Shown here: positions 14,902 through 32,469 of the stretch, one piece after another | Layout of the letters: every line of letters starts with the position of its first letter | How positions within the stretch are numbered: position 1 is the stretch's first letter | Assembly: GCF_009914755.1 (NCBI RefSeq) | Contig: NC_060934.1 | Strand: one strand, 5' to 3' | Length of the DNA stretch: 64,000 nt | From: the human T2T-CHM13v2.0 reference genome, Homo sapiens | Notes under the pieces: generated by a model | Told to the model about the DNA's origin: nothing | What the model saw: only the letters and a program-made list of their open reading frames with translations | Databases searched by the model: none | Program-made: the position numbers and the translations under genes

Positions 14902-16249
14902 TCAGGTTTCTGCCCTTCGCCAGCCCCGCTCCCCTGCTACTGCTGAGGCACTGCTGTCCAGGTCACTTTCTCTCCGATAATCTGCTACTTATAAGGATAA
15001 CAGACTTCCCGCGCCAACATCCCAGGTCTATTTTTAACTTTGAGATGCAAAACACACTGGTTCAAAATCCTTATTTCACCGTATAGATGGCCATATGATT
15101 TTCCTCAGAAAACAAAATCACAGGGAGGCTGAATTGTCAACACGTTTCCTTAGATTCTATCCTTCATGAATTTATTATTTTTTTTCAATGATTTGGTCAT
15201 GACCAGTGTAAGAAAAGTAAAAGACCACAATATATCACACTTTTCATTTATAGGGCAGTTGCTGAACCACAATGAGCCTTCCTGAGAAACAGAAAGAGGT
15301 GGCTTTTCCCCAGGACAGCTGCTGCCCCCATGCGGGCCGTGGCGAGCAGGCTGCAGGCTGCATGTCAGCCCCACTGGCCCCTCACAGGGCCCCCTTGGGC
15401 AGGTACAACTTCGGTGGCTGTGTGCAGGGGCCCAACTCCCTCAGAAACCCGACAGGCACTAAGGTTTGTTGGTGTGATCTTTAATACATGGCTTTATGTC
15501 CTTAAATTAAGGTAGAAAAGCTTGCTTCATGTGAAATCTGAGAAGTCAACAATGTCAACATCAGTTTACAGATGGGCCAGCGCTATCTTAAGCACCTTTC
15601 TAAAGCTGTACCTGTGTTAGAGCAGAATAAGGAACAAGCAGAACAAATGTGATTTTCCAATTTTGGTTTCCAACATGTCACTGGCTTTCATATGTGAGTT
15701 CTCCTTTTCGGTGTCTTCTGGATTTGAAAAAAGAAGTTGTATCTCACAAATCAACATCAGAAATCCCAAATTTCTACTCTAGTATGTTACAGAAGCTTAA
15801 AGTTAAATGAGGCATCTTTTAGTTTGGCTCACTAAATGTCTCTAAAATCTCAATATAGCAGTATACTTTACAATAAATCTTCAGAGTCCTAACGACAGTG
15901 TCCAATATATTCATGCATTTAAATCACATATCTGAGGACCTATCAGCAGAGTACCTATTACGGATACAGCATTGTGCTAGGTTCTCAAAGGATCCAAAAT
16001 GAACTCAGGTCACATTTGCCCTCTAGGATCTGACAATTTACATTAGGAGCGATTAGGAGAGTCCTGAAAATAAACAACCACATTTCAATGTGGCAGCTGT
16101 TAAGTTTCGGAGGAGGATCTGCAGGGTGACTTGAGCACAATAAAGCCACACACAAAAATAAGTAAATATTAGGCATCACATGGTAAGTGCCAGAAAAGAG
16201 TAATGTTATTACTTAGTGCCCAAGTGATCGGAAGAATAGATAACTCCTA

Positions 16250-20050
<3,801 letters not shown>

Positions 20051-21353
20051 GCTCTTACGATTGCTGAATACTGCTCCGTTTCCTGAATTTGTCCTGTCTC
20101 CTCCCCAGCTGGATCTGAATCCCTGAGAACAAGGTCCCTGTCCTATCCATTTCTGTGACTATCTCTGACCCCACTCCCATTCCAGAAAAGTGCTGAGTTC
20201 AGAGTATCTTCTATAAAGACACTGGCTGAACTGATTTAAGAGAACTGTTTCCTTTCAAACAGTGCTTAAATCTTCACTGTAGTCCCATCACAGCCAGCTT
20301 GAGAAAGTCAATGTCCACAGGGTAAAGTAACGTCTTCTGACCCTATTATCCAATTAAAAATATGTGAGTAATTCCTAAAGCACGAGGCCAAGCCATTTAC
20401 ACTACTGAGCTACCCTACCATGTGAGATACACTACGTTCGTTAACAGCCTAAACATGTTCCAGAGAGGTAGACTTGATGTGGGAACCTCTGCCACATTCT
20501 AGAAGACTCTTTTTCACCTAGAACATAAACTTTGATCTTATAGATGCAGATACTATTAAAGGGAACACATATGTTTGAATGTAGAAAATCCTATAGACCA
20601 TCCCTGGGACAGTGTGTCAGTACTTTGTTATAGGGGAAAGAGTTCTAGTATTTTGGTACCAAACCCCCTTGGATGTCATAAGCTTCCCATATAATTCTAC
20701 ATCTTTATGGACAGGCTTTAGCAATTTATAAAATAAACATAATTGAAATCTTTATGTTTTGAAAAGTGTAACTATAAAACTATAAACTATAACACTGTCA
20801 ACAAAAAATTCCTACTCTCAGATGCCATCAGTAACTATTCTCAATTGCTCCAGAAATCATGTTGCTGTGACAATTTCTGTTATTTTTTCTTAACTGACCT
20901 AGAGATCACAAAATAAAAATGTTATTTGGGAACCAACTACATGATGACCCAAGAATGAGCAAAAGATTGAAAATAACCCACAGCACACTCCCAGGCTGTT
21001 CAATCTTTTGTCTCTTGATGTTGAAGGCCTTCTGGAGCAACCACTTTGAAAGCGTATCTATCTCAAGCCTGGTCCTTCATTGGAATTCTTGCATCTTCCT
21101 CAACTTGGACTAGGAAGAAGAAAAGCAACAACGTCTATCATCTCTGGGAGTTTCCAGCTTACTGAATCCTGGGCACTAGCATCCTGTTGCTCTTCAGCTT
21201 CCCCTCTCTTATCCTTACAATTCACTTCCTTCGTAGTGACCTTACCACTTTTCTAGTAGTACACAACAGAAAGTGCGGGAAAGCCTGCCTTGCTGGAGAA
21301 CTAAATCAAGGACATGATGTTCCCTTTGTATGGTGAACGTAAATTTTCTACTA

Positions 21354-21744
<391 letters not shown>

Positions 21745-23196
21745 TTAGGGGACTGGAAAGACTAGAATCCAAGAATATTCTCTTTCTGGGCCACAGCATT
21801 TCACTTGATTATTAACCTTTTGGCTCCTAGCTCTCTTAACAGTAAACAGGTACTGGGAGCAGTGCTGGCCCCAGTGATATTCTTTCCCTCAGCAGAAAGA
21901 TCTATGTGCTATCAATGATCGCTCATGTAAGAAATGCTGACATTTCCCTCCTATTTTTCCTCTTAAAGTATATATTAATATTTGACTTCTTCCCAATGCA
22001 TCCCGACCCACCCTTTCTATCCCTCAAAGCAAAACCAGAGAGATCCTGGCGAGAGCTTCGTTTGAAGGCTGACCCACACCGGGTCTGAGCAGCAGTCCTG
22101 CTACCTGAAGTCCCCCTTGATGGGGTAATTGTGGCTTTGCTTGTAATCGTTCTCGCTCTGACCTCTCTCATGTTCTGCTTCCTTGCTGTGCAGTGCTGTG
22201 CCCTCACCCTGCTACCTGGGATTGCAGAGGTCCAAGATGGACAAGGTTGAGGCCCAACGCCACCATCTACTCTCCACCCTGACCTTATGGGTACTTCACT
22301 CTTAGAGGCAAAATCTTACATGGTTTCATTTTTGGCTGATTGTGTGCAAATAAAAAACTGCACATCCAAAGTCTTTCCTGTACAGTATTTGCACCAACAC
22401 TGCACATGGAAAAGGTGGCAATGTTTGTGGCTACCTACCCACCCATCATGCAGCTACACTTGCTGGAAAGTCTCAGAAATGCTGTTTTAGCTCTGCTCGT
22501 CCCTGACGTGAGCTGGGAACAAGGATGGTAAGAGGAAAGCATGCTGTTCCCCCTGTCCCAAAATGCTGGTGTGAAAGGAGCACAAAGTCAGGAAAATGAG
22601 GAGCTGCTTGATGATAACTAGCACTATCAAGAGCTGGTTAGGCAGACAGTCACACTTTTATTTTCCTTATGCTTTTTGACTGTAGATTTAATTTAATTTT
22701 GTCATGGCAGGATTAGCAACTGGGCCACAGAGGTGAAGGGACATTATAAGACAGCACATTAATCCTCTATCCCACCCAAGGCAGAAGCAAAACCAAACAA
22801 ATAGCAGCTTCCTGGAAATTGAATTTCTGTTATCCAGATGTCAAAGATGTAATACCCCAATTACACAAACTATTGCCAGTGAAGCATGCCAACGAATATG
22901 CAATGTAAATGGGGTGAGCGCAGAGCCACAAAACTGCACAGTCAGCATCTGGCTCTGTGAGTGAGTGATAATTAGCACTGTGTGTCGACACTAATAAACA
23001 TTTATGTCTGAAATTACAACTTTTAGCAATGTTAATAAGGGATATATTGGCAATCTGTAAAATAAAAGGTCTTGAAAAGAATGTCATACATTAAGCAATG
23101 GCAGACATTTCCCGTTCCTGAACAATTTCCTTTTTTCCCCCTAATTGCAAATGGTCACGATGTTTTGCTGAGGTATTAATTGACATAGGAACCTAC

Positions 23197-23280
23197 CTAA
23201 AAAAATGGGCTGTGTCTCTTTGGCCTCCCCATTAACATCGTTGCTGAATTCTGGGATCTTATACACCTCGTGGTGATAAT
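23197..23280 (-). CDS. BEND7: BEND7 coding exon 2 (84 nt, DYHHEVYKIPEFSNDVNGEAKETQPIFL+G)
   Basis: Acceptor ttctaatttttggttgttttctcatgccag| with CTAAT branch-like motif. Donor TAG|GTAGGT. Phase 1-1, open frame continuous with exon 1. The next known exon is not in the window. Confidence 0.9.
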   Translation of the reverse strand: MITTRCIRSQNSATMLMGRPKRHSPFF

Positions 23281-25531
23281 CTGGCATGAGAAAACAACCA
23301 AAAATTAGAATCCTAAGGACCTCAAGATAGGAATAAGCAGTCAAGTCTAGAATCTCATTCTATTTAGTTTGTATACTCTATAATTTATAAATAAACTTTT
23401 TGAGAACTGAAATAATCACAGAATTTGTAGTCAATAATAATTCCTAAAACTTTGCTTATTCTGGAGTACGCAAACTTGAAAGATTACTTTGGCTTTAGAA
23501 GACAGCTTTGCTTGATCACACCATGTTCACGGTAAATTGTACCCACAGATGCCAATTTTTAGGCTTTTTTTCTTTGAGGTGGCAAGTATGTTTGCCCAAT
23601 CATAGAGCAGGGGAGGTTTCCAAATTTCTCTTCACAACCCATTTTCACCAGCATATCAACAGTATGCTTTAAAGTTTAGCCAGCACTCTAGTTTTCTCAG
23701 TTTACCCAGAAAATCTCAGCCTTTAAGCAGCTTAAAGGCAAGCACACATGAAAAATACTGATTTGTTATTTCAAATGTAGTATGATTTGGATAAGAAAGC
23801 AAGATTTTCATCTTTCACACAAGTGACTCTTTCGCATTCAGCTACTGCACTTTATTTAATATGCAAGTTTATTTTCTAAAACTGCACCTGCAGAGAAAGA
23901 GAAGAATCAGACCTACAATTAAAAGAAAAAGAAAAAAGGAAAAAGGAAAAACTTGCTACGTCAGTCAAAGTTTCAAATACAGTATTTTACAAGCTTCTTT
24001 ATGGAGGCTACTGCATTTTTGCTTCTATTTTTGAAAAGCAGGGTCACTAAGGCATGAAAATAGAGGTTCCTCCTTAACACCTAGTCCCCTTTCTCTGGCC
24101 TTAGACCTCACAGGACAAAGTCAACAAAACTACTCTCACTTTTAAGATAAAGCAGTTAAGTTCTCTGAGGTCATCAATAAGAAAGCAGCTTACATTCCTG
24201 AATGAATCAGATAGCACCAACAGGGCAATCACCCAGACAGAGACTTTTAAAAGTCCAAGTAACTGAGTAATCAACACGGATGTGGAAAAAAAAATTTACT
24301 CAGAAAGTGGGAAGAGCCAAGTATTTTGAATGCGTGAAACTATTTCAGGCCTCTTTCATTAAACAGTATCCAAACTAAATTAGGGGAGGCAGATAAGAAT
24401 GGATCTTCAAAATGCCTATAATCAAAGCATTTTCAGATGAACCAAATCCACATCTTAGCTAGCTTAGCTCAGTTTGAAAAATTCGATTACTTGCAATTGT
24501 CCACGATTTTTTCACTAATTTTCATCAGTTTACACGTGACTTCTGCAGGTTGTTGGAGTTTCTACCCTGATGCCAATGCTAGAGAAAACGACAGAGGAAA
24601 AGTGGACAGGTTGGGGTTTGGCTTTGACCTCAACTTGATTAAAAGACGACATTTAAACAGAGCGGGTCTAAACTCAATATGAGGACTTGTGACATTACAA
24701 TGAAAAAAGTCACCTGCCCCTAATTAAAGATGACAATGCATTTTGAGATATATTTTCACGATGGCTCTTGAGTTATCATTTTTTTTTAAAAAAAAGTCAA
24801 ATCAGGAAGATAAAGACTCTTAACAAGTAACTGAACACAGACAAGACTGTATTCCACTTTCCCTTCCCTGACAAAATACAAACCCTAGAGTGTGGTGTAC
24901 ACCTGTTAATTCGTCAGAAACTAGATGGATTTCTTTTCTTTCTTTTCTTTTTTCTTTTTTTTAAAGGATGCTTATCTGACTGCTATATGATCTAGTCTAA
25001 AACACCTTTCCAACCCAAATCAGCTAGCTAGAGATGTTGGATGTCAACAATTCCGCCTTGGGCTTGGACACGGCGTGAGCTTCTTTCTCCTTCTTAAAAA
25101 GAACAACAACGGTCATCCTTTTTCCTCCTTCTCTTGGCGGGGGGAAGGGGGAAGACCCCAGAAAACAAAAACAGCAAATCTCAGGTCCGAGGGTCCACGC
25201 TCGGCCTGATGGCCAGGCAGGTCCGCGGCCGCCCCAGCCCTGCCCCGGAGGCGCCCCGAGGAGGGCTCGGGCCCCCCGGTGTCATTGTTTGCTAATTTCC
25301 TGAGCTGCCCTCCGACTTGTTTACGTTAAATAACATCCCTGCTCCCCCCGCACAACTTTCCCCGCCGCCCAGCGTGTGCGGCCGCGGCCCTGCCTGCCAG
25401 CCCGGCGGAGGCACCGGGGGACCGGGAAGGACCGGGGGCTCCGGGAGGGCGCGCCCCCCAGCGTGGACCCCCGCGGGCGGCCGAGGGCGCGGCGCCCGCT
25501 GCCTGCCCCCGCCGCCCCGGCGGCCGCTTAC

Positions 25532-25592
25532 CTCGGCTCACCAGTTTGAAGCTCTGGGATTTCCTGCTTCTTTTCCTCTCGGAGAACTCCAT
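25532..25592 (-). CDS. BEND7: BEND7 first coding exon (61 nt, MEFSERKRSRKSQSFKLVSR + G)
   Basis: ATG in strong Kozak context (CGCACCATGG on minus). Donor GAG|GTAAGC at 25532/25531, phase 1, joins exon 2 in frame to make GAT (Asp). Peptide recognised from memory as the BEND7 N-terminus. Confidence 0.9.
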
Positions 25593-25623
25593 GGTGCGGG
25601 GAAGGCGGCGGCGGGGGCTGAGG

Positions 25624-25657
25624 AGGCGGCGGCAGCGGCGGCAGCGGCAGCGGCGGC
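25624..25657. repeat. Interrupted (GGC)/(GGCAGC) trinucleotide tract just upstream of the ATG
   Basis: GGAGGCGGCGGCAGCGGCGGCAGCGGCAGCGGCGGC read directly. Confidence 0.85.
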
Positions 25658-25998
25658 GCGGGCTCGTGTCACCGCGGCGGAGCCGCCGGGACCAAGGTCC
25701 GCGCCTGGAGTCGGCGGGGGGAGGCCGCGGGACGGGAGGAACCACCGCGAGCCGGCTCGGGGCTGCAGGCGCGGGGCCCGGCGGCGTGGGCTCCCGGGCG
25801 AAGTTGCCCCCGCGCGGCGCCGCCTCCCGGTGCCCTAGGCGCCCCCGCGGCCCCCGCTCATGCCGGCCCGCGGGTTCCAGACGCCGCCCGCCGCAGCCCA
25901 ACTTTCCGTTGGGAGCGGGCCGGGCCGGGGCGCGGCGGCGGCGGCGGAGGCGGGGGGCGGCTCGGGGCGGCCGGCCCGCCTGGGCTCAGCCTGCGGTC

Positions 25999-26018
25999 GC
26001 GGCGGCGGCGGCGGCGGC
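25999..26018. repeat. (GGC)6 tract; a second GGC tract lies at about 25932-25951
   Basis: Read directly from the sequence. Confidence 0.85.
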
Positions 26019-27544
26019 CCCGAAGACGCGGCGGGCGGGCTGCGGGGAGGGCGGCGGCGGGTGCAGAGCCGGCCGGGGCGCTGACCGCCCCCGCGGGAGG
26101 AGGGGCGCCGGCGGAGGGGGCGGTGCCGCTGGGACCCCAGGGCCACCTGCTGGCGGAGCCCGGCCGCCGCCATCCCCGGGGGCCGCCGCCGGCCTGGCCG
26201 CGCGGCGCCCCGAGGAGGCGCGGAGGCCGCGGCGCAGCGCCCTGGCCCGGGCCCGGCCGGCCTGCCTGCCCCCGGGGACGACGCCGCCGCCCGGGCCTCC
26301 GCTCGCAGACCCCGCTCGCTGGCCTCCCTCCGCCGCTTGCTGGGCCGAGCTAACTCCGTGCACCTCGCCGTGGGGGCGCGGACCGCCCCGACAACCACCT
26401 CCCCGCCCTCACATCCCGGGCGCCCCGGGGCCCGACGCGCTGATTTTAAGCAAGTTTTAGGGGGAAAAAACTTACCCATTTGCGCTCTCTCTAGAAGGAC
26501 AGAGAGGAGGTTTTAGAATATTGTGGAGAAGAATATAGTAGAGAGCTCCCATTCCCTAACCCAGGCTGGGCGGATTGTGGAAAGAGCCGAGTCACATTCA
26601 AGGAGAGCACTTGGAATGGGGGGCTTGGTGGCCCTGGGGACTCTCAGGAGGCCATGGTCAAGGCAGGTGCAGGGCACTATGCTTCTCCACGTCATATGTC
26701 GGAATCATGGACCCAAACACAAAGCGCTTAGTAGTTATGTGTAATATTCTTTTCGGGGGATCAGAGAGCGCACTTCAGGCACCATTTCTTTCTCACATCT
26801 TTCGAGTGGGCCAGGAAAAGAATTTCACACTACCTGGGAATGGTAGGACAGGAACATGACGGGACATGCGTGAAAGTATCTGCCAAACCCAACCAGGAAG
26901 AGGGTAAAGAGTCGGGGGATGGGGGGGCTACCTCTCCGGCACGGGACAAAGGCCAGTGGCCCCAAAAGAGTAGAGAGGAAAAAGGGGAGGTTGACAAATG
27001 TGATGAGTGTCACGTGGGTCTCACCCAAATGAGGCAGCCGCTGAGGAACCGCTCTTATTTCAGGGACACAGAGTAGGACAACTGCCGAGGAAGGGGGACA
27101 TTGAGGCAGCTTGCAGAAACACACATGGAGAAACAGAACCAAAGAGCAGGGTAACCAGCAAACCAGGCAGTGGAGGCAGGGATGGGTACCCATCCCGAGA
27201 TCTTGGGTGATACCAAAGGCGGCACATCCGGAAGGCTGGTTATACCTAGCGTGGAGGGGAGAGGGAGAACTGTTTCTTCCGTTCAATAAAGCAAACCCTT
27301 CAACAAGAGGTTCTTAACCTTTTTTAGTCACTGTTTCCTTTGAGATTGTGTTCAAAGCTCAAGGGCCCTTTTTCCCAGAAAATATGTATGGGACATATAA
27401 AATTTAGTATAGATTTATTGGAGTTCTTAGACGCGCTTTGCTGCTCTCAGAAAATTAGTGGTAACAGTGATTAAAGCAACTACCCTATTTGGGTTTCTTC
27501 CTTCCCTGCCACCCCTTTCTTTAAAATCAGGCATTAAAATCTGA

Positions 27545-27860
<316 letters not shown>

Positions 27861-28442
27861 TGTTTTGGATGTTTTTAAAGAAACAAAGCATGCAATTTTG
27901 TTCCCCAGGCTGGGATCCATTCTTTCTTTATGTAATGCCTTTTAAAATGTTATTCTCAAAGCCGTAAGGCTAAGTTCTACACTGACTGAGGAACTTCCCG
28001 GATCGTTCATGCTTTGGAGCATATAATGAGATTTTATTATGCTTAAACTATGACGAACCCAGTGAAGGTGTCATCCCAAGAAGTAAATCCCTGGAGAAGG
28101 TATTAACAACTTAGCATTTTCAGTTCAAGTGGGAATGCAAATTCCATTTACTGAAGAGAATATTTTTGATATAGTTAAGAATAAAATATTTGAGTAAGAA
28201 TATTTTTAAATAGTAGTCATTTCTCCTTGACCCTTTTTAACCTGGCTTTCCAAAGTTGGTCTATGAGTGAGTTGGCCTGCAGAGGACACAGGCTACGCTT
28301 GTCTTATTAGCTTTTAGAGAAAATAAATGTCTGTTTACTCTGCATTTTGTGCAAATCACTATGCTCTTATCTAACAAAAATGTATATATCACATTTAGTA
28401 TTAAAATTAATAATAATGTTTAATTAAAATGAGGTTGCTTGG

Positions 28443-28580
28443 GGCCAGGTGTAGTGGCTCACACCTGTAATCCCAACATTTTGGGATACAGAAGGATTGC
28501 TTAAGGCCAGAAATTCAAGACCAACCTGGATAACATCCTGAGACCCGGTCTCTACCAAAAAATTAAAATATAAAATAAAA
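28443..28580 (+). mobile_element. FLAM / Alu left monomer
   Basis: Single Alu arm with A-rich tail. Confidence 0.85.
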
Positions 28581-28617
28581 CATAAAGTGAGATTGCTTTA
28601 AGTAGCAGGTATCCATA

Positions 28618-28999
28618 TAGTAGCTGATCCTTATCCTTGGGGAGTATGTCCAAGACCTTCAGTGGATGTCTGAACCTGAAGATAGTACCGAACCCCGTAT
28701 ATACTATGTTACCATCAAACCCCATATATACCGTGTTTTTTATTGTTTTATGTTTTCTAATAACCAAGCCAACAAGTGACTAACGAGCAGATAGTGCAGA
28801 CAACGTGAATACGCTAGGCTAAAGAATGATTCCTATTCTGGGCCGGAAGGAGCAGGTTGGCTAAAGATTTCATCATGCCACTCAAAATGGGGCACAATTT
28901 TAAATTGATGCATTGTTTATTTCTGGAAGTTTCCATTCAATATTTGCAGGCCATAGGTGACTGCAGGTAACTGAAATCATGGATAAAGGGGGACTACTG
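28618..28999 (+). mobile_element. TcMar-Tigger MITE (MER44-like)
   Basis: TIRs TAGTAGCTGATCCTTATCC ... GGATAAAGGGGGACTACTG, TA flanks. Confidence 0.75.
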
Positions 29000-29353
29000 T
29001 ATTAGCCTGTTCGGGCTATCTTAACAAATACCACATACTGGGTGACTTAACAGCAGCTTATTTTCTTACCATTCTAAAGGCTGCAAGTTTCAGATCTAGG
29101 TCTGGCAGGGTCAGTTTCTGGCGAGGGCCCTTTTCTTAGCTTGCACACCACTACACTTACATGGCATAGGAAGAGAGCTGTCTTTCTCTCCCTCTTCTTG
29201 TAAGGCCACCAATCTTATCAAATTAGGGCTCCGCCTTTATGATCTCTTTTAACCTTAATTACCTTCTATTAAAGGTTCAATCTCCAGATACAGTCACGTT
29301 AGGAGTCAGGGATTCAACATATGAGTTTGTGGGGGACACAAATCAGTCTGTAG
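28998..29353 (-). mobile_element. MaLR LTR (MLT1-type)
   Basis: TGTATTAG start and GATTCAACATATGAGTTTGTGGGGGACACAAATCAG end. Confidence 0.8.
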
Positions 29354-29446
29354 CCATCTTGTTTTCACTCAAATATAATGTCTGTATTGAGGGGTCCTGG
29401 AAAGTTTTCTAGGGGATCTACTGAAGTCATTTCTTTACCCCATTCT

Positions 29447-29482
29447 TTCCAATTTTAGTATATGTGCTGCCGAAGCTAGCAC
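29447..29482 (-). pseudogene. U6 snRNA 5' fragment (nt 1-36), tailless retrocopy
   Basis: Reverse complement GTGCTAGCTTCGGCAGCACATATACTAAAATTGGAA matches U6 nt 1-36 with one mismatch. Flanked by a 16-bp TSD. Confidence 0.9.
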
Positions 29483-29777
29483 TCTTTGCCTCATTCTTAA
29501 AGGCCCCCTAAAGTTCCGGAACCACAGGTTTATGTGTTACTGGAGATCAGAGATAATTGGTCAAATATTCAATGACATCACGCAGGGCAAACATTTTATT
29601 ATATGGCCATGCTTAAACCCACTTGATTATAAAGATTACATGTTGGTTTCAATCTTTGACAAAGCCAGATAATTTGGCCAGAAAACGTGAAGTAACCTTA
29701 CCGCTAATACTTGAAATGCTCTTCCTGAAAACTGTCCTGAGAGGAATAGCATTATGAAAAGTTTCATCTTTATTTAG

Positions 29778-30093
29778 AGCTCTGCTGTCGAATAGAAATA
29801 CAATGCAAGCTATGTATGTAATTTAAAATGTCCTATTAGCCACACTGAAAAAAGTAAAAATAAACAGATGAAATTCATTTTAATAATTTATCTTATTTAA
29901 CTGAATACATTAAAATATTATCATTTTGACACATAATATGAGAATATTATTATTGAGATAGTTTATATGCTTTTTGTTATACAAAGTTTTGAAATTGGTA
30001 TGCATCTTACCCTTAGATTACAAATCAATTCAAACTAGCCAAATTTCAAATTGTCCATAGTCACATGTAGTTACAGGTGACCATACTGGGCAG
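29778..30093 (+). mobile_element. MER33 (hAT-Charlie)
   Basis: GCTGTCGAATAGAAATACAATGCAAGC ... ACCATACTGGGCAGC matches the recalled consensus. Confidence 0.75.
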
Positions 30094-31302
30094 CTCAGAT
30101 TTAGAAGGAATGTATGATTTGAACCATGCTATGTACGTAGATGTAGTATGTCTACAACTTGATTACTGTTTAACTGTTTTATTAATACACCTCAGAAAGA
30201 AGATGAGCAGAATGGAATTATTGGGCTTCAGGCTTTTTATAATCTTTGATTGGATTTTCTGGAATTGAATATCCTGTCATTAAATAGATTCTGGGAATCC
30301 TTCAGGAAGATTTAATATGTATAAATATCCACTTTTCAACATTAGGACAATCACCCATCAGACGGTCATGGAAGGAATAGATGCCCTCCTTTTAGCTGCC
30401 GTTTCCCAAGTGTTGCTGGCCTAATGCAGTTTCTACACCCGTTTACTTCATTGGTTTTGGTGATTGTAATTTAAGAGAAAGGAGGCAGTATTTATAAGAT
30501 ATTTCATAAGTGAAAATGAGAGTTGGAATGTTCCACAAATAATATTACCTTATATTTTATATGGGGCTTCTTTTACAGCTCAAGCATAGGTATGCATTAT
30601 CTAACTCTTAATAGTTCTATGAGATTGGTATATATTAATATTCCAATTTTGCAAATGAGAAAAATCCATTCTGAAGACCATTTTTTAGTGAAATTAGAAT
30701 GGTCTGCTGTTTCCTGACTCTTAAATATGATGCATGAACCTTATTTTTTTTTACTTGGTTCTTTAAAATACTTTTTTTTTGTTCTTTTTAAGATCTACCT
30801 TATATATGATAAGGAACACAAACCTTCAGTGGATATCTCAATTAATTTGTTTTACTTATATATACATCCATGTATCCCCCACCCTGATGAAGATTTAGAA
30901 CTTTTCCAGCACACCAGTAGGCTTCCCTGAGGCCCCTCAAAGTAGATAGCCCCCCAAGGAAACCACACTTCTAACCTCTATCACAATAGCTTGGGTTTGC
31001 CTGCTCTTAAACCTCATATAAGTGGTGTCATAGAGTGTGTGCTATTTTTTGTCTGACTTCTTTTGCTTAATGTTATGCCTGTGAGATTCATTCATGACAT
31101 TGGCTATAGCAGTAGTTCATCACTTTTCATTGCTGTACATTATTTCATTATAAGAATGTAGCACAATTTTTAATTTACTGTCGATGGATATTCTTGTACA
31201 TTTTTGTTCATGTCTTTTGGTGCACATAAGCACACTTTATCTCACATATATCCATGAGTAGGATTGCTGTATTATAGTATATACATTGTTTAGATCTAGT
31301 AG

Positions 31303-31645
<343 letters not shown>

Positions 31646-31940
31646 TAAGTAATTCTATCCGTATATACTCCCACTTACAGTGTATGAGAGTCCTAGTTAT
31701 CTCATATCTTCACCAACACTTGATATTATCAGTCCTATTAATTTTAGCCATAGTGAGAGGGTGTAATGGTATCTTAGCTCACTGGGATTTTAATTTGCAT
31801 TCCCCAATTGTCCAATGACATTAAGCACATTTTCTTATGCGTATTGGTCATTTGGACATCTTCTTTTGTGATGAGCACTTTCAATCTTTTGCCCGTTCAA
31901 ACATTTTTGAGTTGTTGGTCTTTTGAAAATTATTAGGTTG

Positions 31941-32231
<291 letters not shown>

Positions 32232-32238
32232 AAAATTA

Positions 32239-32274
32239 TTAGGTTGGTGCAAAAGTAGTTGCAGTTTTGCCATT
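32239..32274 (+). mobile_element. Half MADE1 / solo Hsmar1 TIR
   Basis: TTAGGTTGGTGCAAAAGTAGTTGCAGTTTTGCCATT versus consensus TTAGGTTGGTGCAAAAGTAATTGCGGTTTTTGCCATT. Confidence 0.85.
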
Positions 32275-32469
32275 TGAAGTTCTTTTTATATTCTAGGTAT
32301 GTATTTTGGAGGATATTTGTATTACAAATGTCTTCTCACAATCTGTAGCTCATGCTTTCATCTTAATGTTCTTAATTTTAATGAAGCTGAGTTTACAAAT
32401 GTTTTTATGTCATGTTAAGAAATTTTCTTCTATCTGTATAAACTTTTCTCTTAAGCTTGAATTTATCAG

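Larger units (their letters stand above)
25190..26450. promoter_or_regulatory. CpG island / BEND7 promoter and 5'UTR (possibly bidirectional)
   Basis: Very high GC and CpG density, GC-box-like motifs, no interspersed repeats, surrounds the first coding exon. Confidence 0.92.

Noticed and set aside
23141-23344. 67-aa ORF as a stand-alone gene
   Set aside because: It is exon 2 plus intronic read-through; splice sites bound the real 84-nt part.
25317-26479. Long overlapping ORFs (304, 214, 191 and 173 aa) in the CpG island
   Set aside because: Low-complexity R/G/A/P translations, open in several frames on both strands and largely non-ATG starts. Expected from stop-codon scarcity in very GC-rich DNA. 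Only the 61-nt exon 1 portion is supported.
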